DNA from: the human T2T-CHM13v2.0 reference genome, Homo sapiens
Assembly: GCF_009914755.1 (NCBI RefSeq)
Contig: NC_060947.1
Length of the DNA: 64,000 bases
Direction: 5' to 3' (one strand)
Shown here: positions 15,873 to 32,529 of the stretch, piece after piece
Layout of the letters: each line of letters opens with the position of its first letter
How positions within the stretch are numbered: position 1 is the stretch's first letter
Position numbers and translations under genes: made by a program
Notes under the pieces: generated by a model
What the model saw: only the letters and a program-made list of their open reading frames with translations
Told to the model about the DNA's origin: nothing
The model's database searches: none

Positions 15873-18800
15873 TTTTTTTTCTTTTTTTTTTTTTTAAAGA
15901 TCATATTTATTTGGAGAAAACAAAAAACCCACAACCCACAGGATGGGATTTTACATCAAGACATCTCCCAGGTAATAAGTCTACAGGTTACAAATCATTT
16001 TCATGGAAGATATTTTTGTACAAATTTTACGTGTATTCAGGAGTGGGACATTAATCAATCCCTGTTTCTATTTTAATAGGGGGGCAAGGTAGGGGAAAGG
16101 GAAAAACAGTTTTGGATATAACTATTTGGAAGGAGAGTAGACATGAAGAGGGCAAACCCTAGCTTTTCATTATCTACAATCAATAGTTTTTTTTTTTCTT
16201 TTTAAAAAAAGAAAAAAAACCTTTCAATCTTCAATACTCTTTAAAAGCCCACTTCTTAGCTACTGGCCAATCCACACCAATTATTTAAATTCACTTGGTA
16301 CACACCTTTGTCCACTGGGTAAATTATATTCATTATGCCCACTGCTGCAGCACGCATAAACCAACACCCCTGCATGGCTGAGCAGGGCCTAATCTAGGAC
16401 TGATGGGGGAAGGGCTTGCAAACCAAGATCAAGGTGTCGTTTCTCTGCTAATACTGTCTATCAAGCTGATCCCTACAAAGAAATGCATATAAAAGCAGGC
16501 AAGTTTAGCTACTGTGTTGCAAGAGAAACCAGGACCTTGTTAAATAGTTCTCTCCATTACCGTTTATTCTCTCAAGGGAAGCTAAAAAAACAAAAAAACA
16601 AAAAAAACAAAAAAACAAAAAAACAAAAAAAACACGTTGGTCTGGCCACCTCATGAATCCAACAAGCATTAGTGTGGCATTTCAGTGGAGAAGGAAACTT
16701 GGGGGGAAAAAAGCCTATCAAGGTTGTAAGAAAGGCTCCCAATTTAACTGTCCCTGTCCCTATTTATCCACCATCCAAGACCATCCATTATTCTAGAGCA
16801 CTCTGATCTATAAAAGGGGTCAAAGCATCAGGAACAGGCAAGGAGTGAGAACCAAAAGACATCAAGAAACCGATTTGCTTGAGAAAAGCAGCGATTCTTC
16901 CTTTCACAGCTCTCCATGGCTGAGAGAGAAAATGCCCAAGACATCATGTATGTGACTTAGATACTGCTTTTTGGGAGGTTAAGAGTATCATGAAGAACTT
17001 AAGATGACGATAAGAGTCTAAATTTTTAGTTTCAAGGTTTCAATACAATGTGGATATATTCAAACTTTCAAAAAGGACAGTGTTTAGAAAGGGTAAAACT
17101 AGGACACAGAAAACATTGGGAATTACCACGACCCCCAAGTGCTTCCGGCTCCAGGAAATAACCATTCATGTGTTTGCTGGAGGTCACGCAATTTTCCCCT
17201 ATTACCTGGTGCAAAATGACTCATCACTTCCCAAAAGCTTCTTTTCAAACCACGATTTTCCCATTTATTTTGGTCCAATGCAGTCCCATTCTTTATGGCC
17301 TATAGTCTCACTCCCAACTACCCCCCTGGGGGGTAAAAAAAAAAAAAAAAGGGAATTCCCTCTAGGGTGGCCCCCAAAACTCAGAATTAAATAAGAGGAG
17401 GGGCTGGCAGCCTCCTGGAGACTAAAACAACTTGAGGCTAAATCTACCTTTCCAAGAGTGGAAAATTTATTCAGATAATGTTTGAGAATTCATATATGCC
17501 ACAATAGGATAAAAACTAAAAAGTAGAAATCTCACACTTTTCCTTCTCCCTCCCTCCCCTACTGCCCAACCAGGTTCCAGGGGTTATATCACTCTCATTA
17601 CCATTTCTGCTAAATGGAGACCCTTAGGCGCTAATCACACTGGCAACTGCGTGGTGACATAACGCACCACAACTTTTCCTCTAAAAAGCTGTAGTCCCTT
17701 TCTCTCTGGCTATATTGGCGATTCTCCAGTTACTTCAATACTTTAAAGGCTGCAGCAGCATGCAAAATAGTTTCATTTTTTGTTTTTAAAAAAAGGTAAG
17801 AAAGATCTTCAGGAGATGGTGAGTTTTATTTTGTCTTGTCTGGATAGAGGTTTTGATTTGCTCTCGAATGTTCCAGGGTGGAGAGAAACTAGGAGAAAAG
17901 CACAGGATGTAGAGGTCTATTCGGCATAATCTTCTCCCTCATTTTCATCTTCACCATCAAGAGAGAGCAGCATAGTTGCTTGCAGAACTGAACTTGGAAG
18001 CTGGATTTTCCTCAGGTTTCTTTGGCTCAGGTGCAGATCTGGAGTCTTGATCCTTTTTGCCATCTTTCCTATCTGACTCCTTCCAGTGGTCTTTGTTCCC
18101 TCCGTCTCCTGGACCACGGCTAGAGTTCCCAGTTTGGCCTTTTGGGACATTCATCCCATCTACTTTATTTTCATCTTGCCTTGCTGGTCCTTCCTCAGAT
18201 GGTTGAGCTGGAGCTACTTTTCCCCCACCACTTGTAGGGGATTGCTGCTCTGCGTCTGAGCTCTGAGATCGAGCAGGAGGGTTAGAACTTCGCTTCACCC
18301 AAGCATTCTCCTTTGGTGGAGGGGCTGGCATTACCTTTAGGGGCTGATCAGGTTTGGGAGGTTTAGAAGTTGGAGAGTGGCAATCTTCCTCCTTATTGAG
18401 TGTTTCATTTTCTAGAGACTTCTTACTCTCTCTCCTTCGTGCATTTCTGCCAGATGTGGTGGAGGTCCCAGTCTGCGATGACTCACTTCCTGTCCTTGAC
18501 CGTTCCCGTTCCTGAGTTTCTTCACTTCGCCAGCTTGGGTGTCTCTCCCGAGGCCGTCGTTCTAGTTTTGGCTCACTCAGCTGACGCTGCAACTTCTCTT
18601 GTTCCTTCTGTAGCCGTTCTTCTACTTCTCTTTCTCTAGCAGCTGTGTCAACAGGCTTTGCCCCTCCAAAGATAGAAGCAGCTCGAGTGGACTGGGAGGT
18701 ACTAGCAGAGGAATCATCTTGCTTAAGAGTACTCCAAGGCTTTAGATTCAGTTTGGGTCTTTGGGGGGGACGTCTATCATCACACCTATAATCATCCCGA

Positions 18801-19760
18801 GAGTAATCATCTCTGGAGCTCCACGACCGATCATCCCGTCTGTCATATCAGTCTTCATAGCGGTCCCCGCCTCCTCTGTAGTCATCATCCCTGCGATACC
18901 CGCTGCCAAATGCTCTTCTGCCACTGCCTATCCGGGAATCATAGCCTCTATCATAGTCTCTGCTGCCTTGGTCATCATAGCGATCCCGGCCACCATATCC
19001 ATCCATATCCCGGCGTGGGCCATCCCGATACCCATCCCGATACCGGTCTGAATCATAACGATCCCGATACTTGTCTCCAAAGCTATCATCACCTCTTCTA
19101 GTCATCAAAGCTGTCTGTAGCAGGACAAGCCCTCCAGTCCGTATCTGTTTTGTCAGAATCCCGATTTCTATCACGGCCAAAAGAACGATCATCCCTGTCT
19201 TTATCCTGTGCTTGATCAGCAACATCCACTCGAATTCTCCTGTTACCTAGAGACTCTTCATTGAGACTCAGGGCACTGAGCAGGGAATCCAGGTCCTCAA
19301 ATTCAGCATAACCAAAACCTTTCAACCTCTCTGGATTGCTGGGTTCACGTGGTAAACGCACTGCACTGATATTTAATCCTCGAAAGAATTCCTTAATTGA
19401 CTCTTCTGTAACATCATAGGGTAGGTTTCCTAGAAAAGCAGTGTAGGGTGGCGATTTGGGAAGACGGCTCCGGTCGATATTGGGTTCCCGAGCAGCCCGT
19501 GGAGCAGTGGGAAGGATGGAACGGTCAATTGGAGGCACCCTATACACATCGTCATTGTTACTGTGCCAAGTTGTCGAAACATCTCCTTCCAGGTCATCGT
19601 TTCATCAGCCCAGCTGACTGGTTTGGAAACATAGGTGCTTCCTCCACCAGTACCCCCATCCTCAGCCAGAAAGTCTGTTAGGGAGATAGTCTTCCCCTTC
19701 TTATTCTTCTTTTTTGCTGAGGCCGCCATGTTGGGAGAGGGAAAGAGAACGCAAAAAAGG
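15873..19760 (-). pseudogene. EIF4B: Processed pseudogene of eukaryotic translation initiation factor 4B (full-length mRNA copy)
   Basis: ATG at 19729 (MAASAKKKNKKGKTISLTDFLAEDGG); RRM (YTAFLGNLPY...KGFGYAEF); DRYG-rich region; C-terminus ...DENEGEDYAE, TAG at 17917-17919. No introns; about 2 kb 3' UTR, AATAAA at 15906-15911, polyA 15873-15895; 16-bp TSD GTACTTCATTGTTTTC at 15857-15872 and 19761-19776. Frameshifts near 19598, 19100 and 17960, and a nonsense codon at 18848-18850. Confidence 0.97.
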
Positions 19761-19944
19761 GTACTTCATTGTTTTCAATGCCAAAAATATTTAATTGCAT
19801 GGATATACCACATTTTGATTATCCATTTATCAGCTGATGAAAACTTGGGTTGTTTCCACTTTGGGGTAGTATGGTTAATGCTGCTATGACCATTGAAGCA
19901 AAAGGTCTTTGATAGTACAAATGTTTTCAGTTCTCTTGTGCATA

Positions 19945-20427
19945 CATCCTTGAACAACATGGGGTTTAAGAGTGCTGACCCCTTGCACAGTCCAAAATCT
20001 ACAAATAACTTTCAACTCCCTGAAAACTTGACTACTAATAGCTTACTGTTGAGGAAGCCTTGCTGGTAACAGTTGATTAACACAAACTTTCTATGTGATA
20101 TCTATTTTATACTGCATTATTACAATAAAGTAAGCTGGGAAATGAATGTTATTGAGAAAATTATAAGGGAGAAAAAATACATTTGCTATCATTAAGTGGA
20201 AGTAGATTATCATAAAGGTCTTCATCCTTATCATCTTCACATGAGTAAGCTGAGGAGGAGGAGAAAGAAGAAGAGGAGTTGGTCTTACTGTCTTGGAGTG
20301 GCAGAGTTGGAAGAGGTGAAGAGGAGGCAGGAGGAGCAAGCACATTCACTAAAACTTTTATTGAAAAAAATGTCTGCATATAAGTGGACTTGTGCAGTTC
20401 AAACCGATGTTGTTCAAGGGTCAACTG
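19945..20427 (-). mobile_element. Tigger2-derived MITE (Tigger2a/MER28-like)
   Basis: Terminal inverted repeat ...tgttgttcaagggtcaactg followed by TA. Confidence 0.8.
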
Positions 20428-20738
20428 TACACCTTAGGAGTAAAATTTCCGGACCACAGGGTAACTCTGTGTTTAACCATTTGAGGAACTACCAGACTAT
20501 TTTCCATAACAACTGCACCACTTTACATTTCTACCAAGAATGTATGAGGGTTCACATCTCTTCACATTCTCACCAACACTTGTTATTTTCCATTTATTTG
20601 ATTATAGCCACCTAATGCGTGCACAGTGGTATCATACTGTGAGTTTGATTGATATTCCCCTGATGACTAAAGATGTTGAGAACTTTTTCATGTGTTTATT
20701 AGCCATTTATATGTCTTATTTGAAGAAATATCTATCTA

Positions 20739-21466
<728 letters not shown>

Positions 21467-22376
21467 TGAAGTTTATATACACTCTGGAATGACTAAATCT
21501 AGCTAATTAACATATACATTACCTTACATAGTAATACTTTTTGTGGTGAGAACATTTAACATTCAGTCTCTTAGCATTTTTCAAGAATACAACATATTAC
21601 TGTTAACTATCTTCACCATGTTGTACAATAGATCTTTTGAACTTATTTCTCCTAACAATTTTGTATTCTTTGACCGACATCATCCCAACTCCCTCCGGCA
21701 ACCATCCTGACTCTGGTAACAACCATTGTACTTTCTACTTCTATGAGATCAACTTTTTTAGATACTTCATTTGAGTACAATCATGTGGTATTTGTCTTTC
21801 TGCGTCTGGTTTATTTCACTTAACAAAATTTACTCCAAGTTCATCCATGTTACTGTAAATGACAGGATTATCTTCTTTTTAATGGCTGAATAGTATTCCA
21901 TTATGTATATATTCCTTATATCCATTCATCTGTTGAGAGACAATTAAGTTGATTCCATATCTTGGCTATTGTGAATAATCCTGCAATAAACATTGAAGTG
22001 AGTATTCTCTCTTCACGATCTTATTTCCGATTCCTTTGGCTATATATGCAGAAGTGGAATTGGCAGATCATATTGTAGCTCTATTTTTAATTTTTCAGGG
22101 AATCTCTATACAGTTTTTTTTTTTATCATGGCTGTACTAAATTTACATTACCACCCACAGTTTGCAATGGTTCTCTTTTTTCCACATCGTCACCAACATT
22201 TATCTTTTGTCTTTCTGATAGTAGCTATTCTAACAAGTCTTAGGTGATAGCTCATTGTGGTTTCAATTTGCATATCCCTGATAATTAGTGATGTTGAACA
22301 TTTTTTCATATACCTGTTGACCCATTTGCCTGTGTTCTCTTGACATATATATATATTCAGGTCCTTTCCCCATTTT

Positions 22377-23014
22377 TATTTATTTATTTATTTTTATTTT
22401 TTGGCCTTTCCGATTTTATTTGGGGCACACCTGGGCGAGGGCCCTGCATCTAGAAGAAGGTGTTGGGCCTCTTGGTGGTGAAGCGTGGCTTGTGCTGACG
22501 GCGCAGGACCTGGTGGGGCAGCGGGAACTTGACCTTAGAGTCGTGGAACTGCTTGACGGACGGCCGGCGGCACTTGCCGGCTGCGATCTCCTCCACCTTC
22601 ATGATCTGGATGGAGTGGGCCTGGGCGCAGTGCCGAGAGTCCATGACTCGGTAGCACTGGGTGACCGCCCGCCGTGGTCAGGTCCTGGTATTCCCGATAC
22701 AGGTTGTGGGTGCCGCTCAGGGAGTCACAGCGCAGCCAGATGCGGAAGTTCTTCACCCGCAGAGGGGACTTCTCAAACACCCACCCAGAGTAGGCAATCT
22801 CCCCTGAAAACTTCTTCATCTTCTTTAACTGAGATACGAAATACCAGAAGCTGGACTTGGCGACGACATGATTAGGCGCAAACATTCACATGCCATAGAG
22901 GGGCGGTGTGTGGCATTTGGGGGTGGGCTGGTAGCGACCCACCACCTTGTACTCTCTTAAGTGCGCTATGCCTTCAGGGCGTCCTCTCCAAGCTCGCCGC
23001 CACCCGCAAAAGGG
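22377..23014 (-). pseudogene. RPL18A: Processed pseudogene of 60S ribosomal protein L18a
   Basis: Peptides [24 protein letters not shown]...[10 protein letters not shown] and [36 protein letters not shown]...TTKRPNTFF*, in different frames. Start codon is CTG (22975-22977); no introns; AATAAA 22415-22420; decayed polyA; 13-bp TSD CTTTCCCCATTTT at 22364-22376 and 23015-23027. Confidence 0.97.
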
Positions 23015-24602
23015 CTTTCCCCATTTTAAAGTCAGATTATTTGTTTTCCTGCTATTGAGTTGTTTTAGCCCCTTTATATTTTGGATGTTAATTCCTTATC
23101 AGGTATATACTTTGCAAATATTTTCTCCCGTTATGTAGGTTGTCTCTTCACTCTGTTGATTGTTTCCCTTACTGTGCAGAAGTTTTTCAGTTTGATGTAA
23201 TCCTATGTGTCTATTTTTGCTTTTTTTTTGCCTGTGCTTTGGGTTCATATCCAAATTTCATTGCCCAGACCAATGAATCTTGCTCCAATGTCATAGAGCT
23301 TTTCCGCTGTGTGTTCTTCTAGTAGTTTGATAGTTTGAGGTCTTACAATTAAGTCTTCAATTTGAGTTGGTTTTTATATAATGTGTGAGTTAGGGTCTGT
23401 TTTCATACATGTGGATATCCAGTTTTCAAACACCATTTATTGGCAAGACTATTCTTTTCCCATTATGTGTTCTTGGCACCTTGGTCAGAAATCAGTTCCT
23501 TTGCCCATTTTTAGATTGGAGTATTTGTCTTTTTATTGTTGAGATTTAAGAGTTCTTTATATATTCCGTCTAGCAGTTCCTTGTATTTAGATTTTTTTTC
23601 ATCTTGTTTTACAACTTCTAATGTTTAACATGTTTTACAATGAACATAATAGTACAATAATTAATGTATATTACCTATAACTAAATTTGGGGGGTTTGCT
23701 CAAGTTTAGGAGCCTGCAATTAAAAGTCTAGAGACCACTGCTTTAGACCAAAATTATTTTTTTCCTCTCTCATCTGTTTGGTGTTTGCAAGAAGGGGAAG
23801 CTGAGTATGCTAAAGACAGACTTCAGCTCTTACATCTTTTAGCTACTGGCCTATTGATCTGTGCCTGGCAAGGGAAAGGTACTTTATGTTATGCTAAACA
23901 ATTAACACATATTGCTTAGGAAACCCTAAATATGACAGAGAAGGAAGGGTGGCTAAAATGTAAGTGCTTACTATGTTAACAAAAAAAAAAAAACAAAAAA
24001 CAAGGCCTAGCACATAATGACTGCTTCAATAAATATTAGCCTAGGTAAACATCATCATTATTTTTATTCTACTGATTAGGACATAAAGAGTCATGTTAAG
24101 TAACATTAAGTAACACAGCTAATGAATTGTAAGCCTGGACTCTGAATTCAGGTCTGACTGCAAAGCCCATTTTTTTCTATGGGACACTGTGTATTAGTCA
24201 AACTACAGGTCAGATTTTTGCAGTGAGTGGGAAGTTGGACTAGATGACTTCCCTTCGAATTCTAAGACATTATGAAAACATTTGATGTAAAGAAGCATTC
24301 AGGTCTGCGTCAGTGGTGATTTTCATAGCTTATAAACATCTAGAGGCAAGAACCATTTTGTCTTACTTCCTTTGAATAATACCCAGTGACATGTATAAAT
24401 GGAATTAATAACTGTCTGTGATGGTGATATGCCAAACATTGACTTAAAGCTGATTAATGCAGAGATATATGATATTATTTGGGAGTTTTTATTATTGTTT
24501 ATCTAATAATCAATTAGATTTTATTTATACTTATTATAGTCAGAATGCAAATTTGTATTTATAATACAATTTGTATTTCTACTTATTCAAAGTAGATTTC
24601 AT

Positions 24603-26045
<1,443 letters not shown>

Positions 26046-26447
26046 AAAAACCCACTAAATGCCCATAGATTCCCCATACCCAGAGTGATACTTACTTGTG
26101 GGATGCTCTGTTTCCTGTATCAGAAATAGCCCTTTGGTTCCTGGCTCCTCTCCAAGGAATCCACTCCAGTGGGACTCTTTATTCACTGCCTCTTACCACA
26201 CCTTGTCTTCTCCCCAACCCATGCCTTTCCTGATGCGTTCTGCCAACTCCCTGCCTGCCCATGCACCTTCACATCCTGCCATGCCTTGAACACTAGGTAT
26301 AGACAGACTACCTCCCCAGGGCTTTCCCTGCCCACTTCCCTAAGGATCTTACCTGCTTCTGGATCCACAGTCCCTTCCTGGCTTGTTTCCTGGTGCCATT
26401 CTAACCTTTCCAGCTAAAACATAAATGCCCAGAGAGCACAGACAAAT

Positions 26448-26740
26448 TGCTGTGGTCTGAATGTTGATGTTTCCTCAAAACTCGTATGTTGAAACTTCAT
26501 CGTCACTGTGATAGTATTAAGAGATGGGATCTTTGGGAGACGATTAGATCATGAGGGCTCATGAATGGGATTAGTGCCCTTACAAAAGAGACTTGCAGGA
26601 TCCCCTTTTCCTGGGACACATAGAAGGAGCCATCTATGAAGCACAGGCTCTCACCAGACAATGACAATCTGCTGTTGCCTTGATTTTGGACTTCCCAGCT
26701 TCCAGAATTTTAAGTAATAAATTTCTGATGTTTATAAATT
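26448..26740 (+). mobile_element. MaLR LTR (MLT1A-like), truncated about 20 nt after its AATAAA
   Basis: tgctgtggtctgaatgtt...ttggacttcccagc...aataaatttctg; the usual terminal segment is missing. Confidence 0.8.
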
Positions 26741-28132
26741 TTTTAAAGTAGATTTCATAAAAAATGCAATATCCTTTTATTTTAATGAAGAACCCATACT
26801 CCATGTCCAAGTGAATTAGATGAATGGATTATGGCATGAAGATCAGTTCATTTCAGCCAACTAATTTTTACAAACCACCATACAAATAATTAAGCTATTG
26901 TCATCAGCATGAATTAAATGGCCTTGTTTTTGTTTGTTTGTTTTTGATATATATATATATAATATATAGAAATGGCCTTGTTAATGTCCAGTTAAATCAT
27001 AACATGTAAGCCTTGCCAATAGTCTAAGAGCTATAGATTATATTACCACCCAAATTATGTTATGAGCAGTAAGTCCATTTTATACAGCTAGCAAACTAAA
27101 TGAGAGGGAATAAGAGTATAAGAGTGCATTATTCTTTATGAAATAAAGCTCATTTAATTTTACCCAACAGCAGAAAACAGATATAAAAACACTCCCAGTT
27201 TAGTGAAGCAAAATCAAGATATAAAGTTGAATGAGCTATTCCATATACTCAATGCTTTTACTTGCTTCCAATATAGTTTATCTTTCCCTTAACTGCCATG
27301 ATTTTAATTCACTGACTGATGCATACTTCCTCTGGCAAAGGTATTGAGAAATGTATAATAATTGGTGTTCTACAAGATATAAGATTTCTGTTGGGAATTA
27401 TTTCTTTATAGATGAAGATTATTTTCCACTGAGAGATTTATACAATAATTAGAAAAATGATGGTCTAAGCCCTAGTGGAAATATCATACTTTAATTGGTA
27501 TTCATTTGTTTCAGACAAGCCCATGGAGAAAACTAGGAGCTCCTTTTTATTGATGTTAAATTGTTAACTGTGAAATCAACTAAATTGCATTCTCACTTAA
27601 ATATCTGAAATGACTAGCCCACTTAATTACTTTTTAAAACAATAGTTAGTATCTTCCATTAGCTGAATAATCCTTCATACCAAAAATTTTTAAAACCCTT
27701 TACACAAAAATATAGGCTCAGGTAAAATTGGAAAGGCAGTAAAATATTTTAAGTATGCTTAAAATTACTGTATTTTAGGAAAACCCAGAGATTTTACAAA
27801 TATCTCAAGCTGAAATAACATATTTCATATTTTGAGCATTTATATATTTGATTCAATGTCAGATGAGCCAGGGTCAAAGCCTGCTAATGGCAATAAGACT
27901 ATGGTTGAACTACGCATTTATAAGCTAAAAATGAAAGCATTTACTGTTTATCCACTTCCTTACCCTTCATGATAGGAGGAAACTGTATTTCAAATTAATT
28001 CAGATTATATTTACTGAGTACAATTTGCGTGATGACTTGAAACTTTAGGGCAGTCAAGGTAACATTCAGCCTACTTGTCTTCATATACCACCCAAATATC
28101 CTGGAAAACCCAAAATTTCATCATTCAAACTC

Positions 28133-28632
28133 CAATTGATCCTTGAACAACATAATTTTGAACTACACGGTTTCACTTACAAGTGGATTTTTTTCCATAA
28201 AAGTTACACTGAGTGTTCCTGCCTCTCCTGCCTCCCCTTCCACCACCTCCACTTCTTACAACTCTGCCACCCCTGAGATAGCAAAACCAACCCCTCTTCT
28301 TCCTTTTCCTCTTCAGCCTACTCACAAGAAGATGGCAAAGATGAAGACTTTTATGATGATCCACTTCCACTTAATGAACAGTAAATATATTTTCTCTGTC
28401 TGATAATTTTATTAATATTATTTTCTCTAGCTTACTTTATTGTAAGAATACCATATATAATACATATAACCTACAAAATTTGTGTTAATCGACTGTTGTC
28501 AGTAAGGCTTCCTGTCAACAGTAGGGTATTAGCAGTTAAATTTTGGAGAAGTCATAAGTTATTTGCAGATTTTAAACTGTGTGTGTGGGGGAGTCAGGGT
28601 TCATAACCTTCACATTGTTCAAGGGTCAACTG
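28133..28632 (+). mobile_element. Tigger2-derived MITE (Tigger2a/MER28-like)
   Basis: TIRs caattgatccttgaacaac / ttgttcaagggtcaactg, followed by TA. Confidence 0.82.
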
Positions 28633-28846
28633 TATATATTCTAAATTATATGTTACATATGAAAGTAACAAAAAACTATTTGTCACAACATGTTTCCATT
28701 TTTTAAATTGAAACATATTATTACATAAAAATACTTTTCAACATTTTGGCCTTGTCAATACTGGCTAAACTTTTATTGAACAAATGTGTTAATTTCTAGT
28801 AAGAACAATAAAATACAAATTATATTTCATGGGTCTAGTGACATTC

Positions 28847-29274
28847 TGCTATAGTTTGGGTAGTTGATCCTCCAAACCTCATGTTGAAATTTGATCCCCA
28901 GTGTTGGAGGTGGGGCCTAAGGGGGGGGGTTTGGGGGCCATGGGGCAGATCATGAATGGCTTACTGCAGTCTTCCCAGTAATAAATGAGTTTTTACTCCA
29001 TTAGTTCCAATGATTGCTGGTTGTTGGTTGTTAAACAGAGTCTGGCATCTACCTCTTCTCTCTTGCCTCTGCTCTCACCATGTGATCTCTGCACAGGCTG
29101 AAGCCCCTTCACCTTCTGCCATGAGTGGAAGCAGCCTGAGGACCTCACCAAAGGCAGATTCTGGTGCCATGCTCCTTGTCCAATCTGCAGAACTATGAGC
29201 CAAATAAACCATTTTTCTTTATAAATTACCCAGTCTTCGGTATTCCTTCATAGCAACACGAACCAACTATGACA
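28847..29274 (+). mobile_element. MaLR solo LTR (MSTB-like)
   Basis: tgctatagtttgg...tttataaattacccagtc...gaca; flanks CATTC/TATTC. Confidence 0.85.
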
Positions 29275-29829
29275 TATTCCAAACAGGTAACTGACAAATT
29301 ATATTCACATCACAAAGATGGAGGAACTATGGCACATTGTAGGTAAGTGATTGGATCCTTGAAGATAAATAAATTCAGTAGAAGAATTAGTAATATTTTT
29401 ACATTTTTATAATTTTGTATAGGACTTCATTTACTCCCCCAGCCAACTATCTTTGCAATCCTCCCTAAACAATCCTAACCTCCAGGCTTCCCTGAGCCTT
29501 CACATTCACATTTTAGTTTTGATTCCATTAATTTCAGCAAAGATTTGTTGAATATTTACTATTTTCAAGGCCCTGTGCTTAGTGCTATAGCAGACACAAA
29601 GATAAATGAAATCTTCTCAATGAGCTGAAATCTAGTAAAGATCATAATACCGTAATATAATGTTATAAGAGGGATAAAAATAAATGAATGAACCCAAAAG
29701 TGGGAGAGCATTTCTACCAAGGCAGAATCAAAGCAATATTAGAAAAATTATCAGAAAAGTAATGCAAAAAGAGTTATGGATCACACAGTTTCAATCTCAT
29801 AAGAAGGTGTAGGCAACTCAAGCATTGCC

Positions 29830-30022
29830 TAGGGCAATGGTGAGAAAACTTTTTCTGTAATGGTCAAGATAATAAATATTTTTGACTTTCTGGGCCATAT
29901 GGTCTCTTTCACAAGTACTCAACTTTGCCCTTGTAGCATGAAAGCACAGCACCCACACACCACATGCAAACAAGTAAGCATGGCCAGATTGGCCTATAGG
30001 CTATAAATTGCTGACCCCTGGG
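29830..30022. mobile_element. MER58A-like hAT MITE
   Basis: aaactttttctgtaa...gggccatatggtctct...tactcaactttgcc...gctgacccctg. Confidence 0.7.
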
Positions 30023-31226
30023 CTAGGGGACCCAGGTTAGTAAGTCATTCAACTCACTGTTACTATTTGTTTAAGGTTCCAGATTTAGTGAAGTTGCATA
30101 TTAACATGTAGATTTTTGTCTGGTCTAGATGCAAATAATTTCTCTCCAGTAGAGAGATAACCTCAAAGTTTTATGGCTTCATGAGACATTACCCACTTTG
30201 TATCTAATCCAGGAAGTTTATCATCCTATCAATATTCTATGTTTTAAAATGGTGTTTGACCCTGTCATGACATCTTAAAAGTTCCCTCATTTATTAATAA
30301 GTCAAATAAAATCTTTGATACTTTTTCACTTTATATTTGCCTGAGTATTATGATTTTACTTGGTTTGAAATTATATATTGACAGTTTTGGAGGGTGCGTG
30401 GAGATGTCCAAATTGACTCATCTGATGGAGACAAGTAAGCTGCATTCCTGGAGAAATGCACCTCAAGTTTGTTTAAGCCCAAGCATATTTTTCTTGGCTG
30501 CCAGAGAGAATCCCAGGCAGCAAGAGAACTTTAACTTTGCTAATTCTATTTCTGTAGGTTTAATTTTCTTCTTGCTGTTGATTTTTGTGTTGCACATGAC
30601 AAAAAGTTATTTTCATTTGGTGGCAGCAACAATTGGGAATTTGTTTTTATTGTTTGGCCATTTGGCAATCTTTATTGGGTGGATGGTGAAGTACTGTTCT
30701 CTGTTGGGTGAGAAGCAGAGAAACCGGTTTGTTTAGGCTTTTTGTTTGTCTATTTGCAAAATCGAATCAACTAAGAATTTTGTGCCTGTTGTGAAGGAGA
30801 ACAATTCTTTCATATTTAGACCTATAGGTTTTTGTATTTATATGTTTACACTTGACCTGTGGCAGAAGCTGTAGAACTGAAGCTATAAGCTCTCCATATA
30901 TCTTATGCTTTTCTGTAAACCTGAAAGTTCTTTCTCTCTCATGTAGAGTATAAAATAATTTCCTACTTATGAAGGGTAATACTAAATCTGATCATAATGT
31001 ATCTCTGAGGAGGTCAGTTGTGATTAATTTATAGATAAATAATAACATATGAATCTAATAGTGCTATAAATAACAGAAAATTTTTAAATGAACTTCTAAC
31101 ACTTTAAATGTGCTATATATTTACAAAATTCTTACAGAAATGTCTAGCTCAGAAACATTTTAAGAATTAACGTTTACTTAAGATGAATCTTTGGACAGTT
31201 TAGATTGGTTTGATAATTTAGATTTA

Positions 31227-31533
<307 letters not shown>

Positions 31534-32529
31534 TTAAGAAAGAAAGAGGAAATCTTTAGGTCTTTTTCTCAAATGTGTATTAAGTATAATAAAATTTACA
31601 TTTTATTTTTATGATTGTTTTCTTTTATGAAGAGACTATTTAATGTGAACTTCTTAAACATCTTTTGGTTTACCAATCAAATAAGCTAACACTCCTACTT
31701 AATCTTTAAGATTATGAAAAATGTAGATTTGTATTTTATTAAAAGTCATCTGTCAAATGTTTTACTCCTACTATAATTATGTTTTGTAGCTTGAACATGA
31801 TTTTCAATATTCTTAGGTAAATTAAACACTTAGATTTGAATCAAATTAAACTAATTAATGAATAATTTTTGATTGCTAGATAATTTCTAGGTGAAGTAGA
31901 ATACTAAAAATAATGATTATTGAGCATAATTTCAAACTGCCATACATTTACTTCGTATTTTTTATATGCTATAGGGTGACTATGTCTTTGGTCATGTTAA
32001 CAAACATGTTGCTTTTTTTGACACATTAAGATGTAAAAAGAAATTTGAGTCTGTAAAAAGTTGTGCATTCACAACAAGCTTTGCTAGTTGGCTTAAATTC
32101 TAGTGTGTGGCATTTCTCAATTATTTACCTCCCAGTTTTTTCTGTGAGTGGAAGTTAGTTACTCTGGTTAAAAGTTATTATTAGCATGAGTGGTTGAAAC
32201 TATTCTAGGAAAAACAGTAACAGAGAAATAAACCTGAGTATATAAGGTTATGTGCTTGTTTATCAAGATAAAAAGTTAATGCTTTTTTTCTTTAAAGCAT
32301 CTGATTGTTCCAGAATTTAAAATATAGGAAAACACAAAGCTTTAAGTTACAGAAAGTTATAGATTTTCAGAAAGAACATTTTCGTTTGCCATAGTTTATA
32401 GTACTGACTCTGAAAAGAAGCAATAACGTGTAAAAATTGGCCAAAATTTGACTCAATTTTAAAGGATTTCTTCATAAGCAAAAACAAAGCTTGTGAAATT
32501 TTACTGCCAATATTACTGCAAAACTAGAA

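Noticed and set aside
17917-19729. Functional EIF4B gene or retrogene
   Set aside because: Three frameshifts and a nonsense codon; polyA and TSD present.
18400-19889. Plus-strand ORFs opposite EIF4B
   Set aside because: Antisense shadows of the retrocopied coding sequence.
22420-22875. 151-aa plus-strand ORF
   Set aside because: Antisense shadow of the GC-rich RPL18A retrocopy.
30350-30736. 128-aa hydrophobic ORF as a membrane protein
   Set aside because: T-rich composition explains the hydrophobicity; no recognisable family; the region looks like decayed ERV internal sequence, which I could not confirm.
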